From Opitutia bacterium (GTDB lineage Bacteria; Verrucomicrobiota; Verrucomicrobiia; Opitutales; Opitutaceae): 64,000 nt of DNA. The position numbers were made by a program, and so were the translations under genes. Under the pieces are notes generated by a model, which ran no database searches, was not told where the DNA came from, and saw nothing but the letters and a program-made list of their open reading frames with translations. Below, one piece after another: positions 61,770-64,000 of the stretch (the stretch's first letter is position 1; the number at the start of each line of letters is the position of its first letter). The stretch covers positions 37,242 through 101,241 of the forward strand of contig JACPIS010000040.1 of assembly GCA_016187925.1 (NCBI GenBank), in the 5' to 3' direction.

Positions 61770-62243
61770 TTACCAGCGAAGGTGGGCGAAGGCGCGGTTG
61801 GCCTGGGCCATCTTGTGCGTGTCTTCCTTCTTCTTCACGACGCTGCCCGTGTTGTTGTAGGCGTCGATGATCTCGGCGGCGAGGGCCTCGCGCATGGCGA
61901 TGCCCTTGCGGCCGGTCGCGGCGTCGACGATCCAGCGGAGGGCGAGCGACTCCTGGCGCTCGAAGGAAATTTCAACCGGCACCTGGTAGGTGGCGCCACC
62001 GACGCGGCGGCTCTTGACCTCCAGCTTCGGGCGGGCGTTCTCGAGGGCGCCCATCAGCAGGTCGACCGGGTCGCCTTTCTGCAGCTTCTCGCTCACGCGC
62101 TCGAAGGCGCCGTAAACGATGCGCTCGGCAATGGTCTTCTTGCCGCTCTTCATGATGACGTTGATGAGGTGCGTCACCAGCGCGCTGTTGTAGCGGGCAT
62201 CAGGGGTGGTGGCACGGTGCGTTGCTCTGCGACGACGAGACAT
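61770..62243 (-). CDS. rpsG: 30S ribosomal protein S7
   Basis: MSRRRRA.....PD..Y.S.L....IN..M..GKK..AE.I... Confidence 0.97.
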   Translation of the reverse strand: MSRRRRATHRATTPDARYNSALVTHLINVIMKSGKKTIAERIVYGAFERVSEKLQKGDPVDLLMGALENARPKLEVKSRRVGGATYQVPVEISFERQESLALRWIVDAATGRKGIAMREALAAEIIDAYNNTGSVVKKKEDTHKMAQANRAFAHLRW

Positions 62244-62264
62244 GGTGAAAAGAAAGAACGGGGA

Positions 62265-62645
62265 TTACTTGGCGGCCTTCGGGCGCTTGACGCCGTACTT
62301 GGAACGGGAGCGACGGCGTTTCTCGACGCCGGTGGCGTCGAGCGTGCCGCGGACGATGTGGTAGCGGACGCCGGGGAGATCCTTCACACGGCCGCCGCGC
62401 ACAAGCACGATCGAGTGCTCTTGGAGATTGTGGCCCTCGTCCGGGATGTAGGAAATGACTTCCGTACCGTTCGTGAGGCGGACCTTGGCGACCTTACGGA
62501 TGGCCGAGTTCGGCTTCTTCGGCGTGCGGGTCATGACCTGCACGCAGACGCCGCGGCGGAAGGGGTTGCCCTGCAAAGCCGGGGCCTTGGACTTCGCACG
62601 GACCTTGCGGCGTCCTTTTCTCACGAGTTGGTTGATGGTGGGCAT
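62265..62645 (-). CDS. rpsL: 30S ribosomal protein S12
   Basis: MPTINQL.RKGR ... [47 protein letters not shown]. The start is ATG 62645. Confidence 0.97.
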   Translation of the reverse strand: MPTINQLVRKGRRKVRAKSKAPALQGNPFRRGVCVQVMTRTPKKPNSAIRKVAKVRLTNGTEVISYIPDEGHNLQEHSIVLVRGGRVKDLPGVRYHIVRGTLDATGVEKRRRSRSKYGVKRPKAAK

Positions 62646-63018
62646 TTGATGGAAGTTGAGGGATGTAAAGAGAGGAAAAGGCGCGGAACCTACCGGACGA
62701 AAAATGTCCGGCAAGCACTTTTTCGCGCTGATGTGAAAAACACGGATTTTGAGAGCGGAAGCGCCCAAAAACCGTGGCGTCAGGTGCACTCCCAGTTTGG
62801 CTGGAAGCGCTGTATTTTGACGAAAATGGAGGGTCAGCAAACCACGCCGCTTTGACTCACTTCAAGCGTGAAATGAAAAATTATCACCCAAGTTATTCAC
62901 AATATCAGCCCGGCTTCGAAAAACCCGCTTCTACCCTCCCCTGCACTGCCTTGCTCGCGTCCCGGAATGGATCCCCTCACGCCTGTACCATCACCCGACC
63001 CGGCATTCTCATGGCTGC

Positions 63019-63051
63019 AAAAAAAACGCCCGGCCGGTGAGGGCCGGGCGT
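63019..63051 (-). terminator. Strong rho-independent terminator (second of two after rpoC)
   Basis: The minus strand reads ACGCCCGGCC-CTCACC-GGCCGGGCGT, a perfect 10-bp stem, followed by TTTTTTTT. Confidence 0.8.
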
Positions 63052-63060
63052 AAGACACCC

Positions 63061-63116
63061 GGAGCAGAGCTCTACAGGCATCTTTTTGGCGGGAGGACCT
63101 GTAGGGTCCCAAATCC
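63061..63116. repeat. REP-like inverted pair with GTAG heads (CCTGTAGAGCTCTGCTCC on minus, CCTGTAGGGTCCCAAATCC on plus)
   Basis: Read directly. Lies between the two rpoC-distal terminators. Confidence 0.55.
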
Positions 63117-63171
63117 GTCGCAAAAAACAAGGCCAAATTTTGCGATTTCCCCTCTGAAAATTGTAATTTGT

Positions 63172-63204
63172 CCAAAGAAAAAGCCGCAGCGTTTCGGCTG
63201 CGGC
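63172..63204 (-). terminator. Rho-independent terminator immediately after rpoC
   Basis: The minus strand reads GCCGCAGC-CGAAAC-GCTGCGGC followed by TTTTTCTTT, about 20 nt after the rpoC stop. Confidence 0.8.
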
Positions 63205-63226
63205 TTTGAAGTGATTCGTCCCGGGC

Positions 63227-64000
63227 TTAGCTCGCCTCGGCGGTGGCCGGAGTGCGCGGAGCGTCGTCCATCGGGATCTCGCCACCCAGCGGGAGCGTGA
63301 CCTTCAGCTTCTTGTAAGCCGGGAGGCCGGTGCCCGCGGGGATCATGTGACCCATGATGATGTTCTCCTTGAAGCCCGTGAGCACGTCGACCTTGCCGAG
63401 AGTCGAGGCATCGGTGAGGACGCGGGTCGTCTCTTGGAACGAAGCAGCGGCCAGGAAGCTCTCGGTCTCGAGGGAAGCCTTCGTGATACCCAGGAGAATC
63501 GGCTCGGCCTCGGCGGGCTTGCCGCCGGCGGCATCGAGTCGCTTGTTCTCCTTGAGGAAGCTCGTGCGGTCGATCTGCTCGCCCCAGAAGAAGTCGCTGT
63601 CACCCGGATCCGTGATGCGAACCTTGCGGAGCATCTGGCGGATGATGACCTCGATGTGCTTGTCGTTGATCGACACGCCCTGGAGACGGTAGACTTCCTG
63701 CACTTGGCCGATGAGGAACTCGTAGAGCGCGGTCGGCCCGAGGATCTCGAGGATCTCGTGCGGATCGGCGGAGCCTTCGGTGAGGTGCTGGCCCTTGTGG
63801 ACGACGTCGCCCGGCTGCACGATGATGTGCTTGCCGTGCGGGATCAGGTGTTCCTCCTCGGCGGCGGCCTCCTCGTTGCGGACGACGAGCTTGCGCTTGC
63901 CGCGGATGGAACCCTCGAACGAGACGACACCGTCGATGCGGGCCATCTCGGCGGCTTCCTTCGGGCGGCGGGCTTCGAAGAGCTCGGCCACGCGGGGGAG
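63227..64000 (-). CDS. rpoC: DNA-directed RNA polymerase subunit beta' (C-terminal part; gene continues beyond the window)
   Basis: Contains ...ELFEARRPKE.A....DG.V.F........K..V... GE..G..AAQSIGEP-type C-terminal blocks and ...NIIMGHMIPAGTG. Confidence 0.95.
   Translation of the reverse strand, partial: LPRVAELFEARRPKEAAEMARIDGVVSFEGSIRGKRKLVVRNEEAAAEEEHLIPHGKHIIVQPGDVVHKGQHLTEGSADPHEILEILGPTALYEFLIGQVQEVYRLQGVSINDKHIEVIIRQMLRKVRITDPGDSDFFWGEQIDRTSFLKENKRLDAAGGKPAEAEPILLGITKASLETESFLAAASFQETTRVLTDASTLGKVDVLTGFKENIIMGHMIPAGTGLPAYKKLKVTLPLGGEIPMDDAPRTPATAEAS

Noticed and set aside
59637-62855. 1072-aa ORF on the plus strand
   Set aside because: It is antisense to fusA, rpsG and rpsL, which are unambiguous. 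It is an artefact.
62774-63175. Small ORFs (88 aa plus strand, 92 and 102 aa minus strand) in the rpoC-rpsL spacer
   Set aside because: There is no codon-position GC bias and no motifs, and they overlap terminators and repeat units. They are probably non-coding.

Overview
High-GC bacterial chromosomal window (roughly 65-70 % GC from hand counts on a few lines). It is almost fully coding. I saw no rRNA, tRNA, CRISPR array, transposase or integrase. All family calls come from motifs and collinearity recalled from memory; no search was run. The taxon may be Verrucomicrobiota/Opitutales-like, but this is a low-confidence guess.

Layout:
- 1-43.8 kb holds housekeeping and envelope genes. These include an MFS transporter, lactonase, tdk, a CoA-transferase, ldhA, lnt, HAD, NUDIX and secA.
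- It continues with a DUF1624 acyltransferase, an ATP-grasp/Alpha-E/transglutaminase triad, a UDP-xylose synthase, an OMP, a CPBP protease and a GT-C glycosyltransferase.
- Then come tgt, folP-folB-folK, pabA, nrdR, HIT, an S9 peptidase, dprA, nnr, acpS, pdxJ, gltA, guaA, DUF885 and a sialate O-acetylesterase.
- 43.9-64 kb (minus strand) is the rpoC-end / str / S10 / spc / alpha ribosomal supercluster.

Most noteworthy observations:
1. A tightly coupled circularly-permuted ATP-grasp / Alpha-E / transglutaminase operon. It has been predicted computationally but, as far as I know, not characterised biochemically.
2. A decayed, frameshifted copy of the tgt 3' end about 2 kb from the intact tgt. 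Together the two copies bracket a lower-GC GT-C glycosyltransferase gene.
3. The adk slot between secY and map encodes a P-loop-less, LID-less adenylate-kinase relic that still overlaps the map start codon.
4. SecY carries an extra C-terminal hydrophobic helix, and several ribosomal proteins carry Ala/Lys/Pro-rich tails.
5. At least four families of intergenic palindromic repeats are present: GTAG-headed REP/REPIN-like doublets, CACGAAA arrays, GTCATT..GCGAAGCG elements and GGGAGGGGCTTTAYGCCCCGAC elements.

I did not find a defence island or an obviously mobile system.
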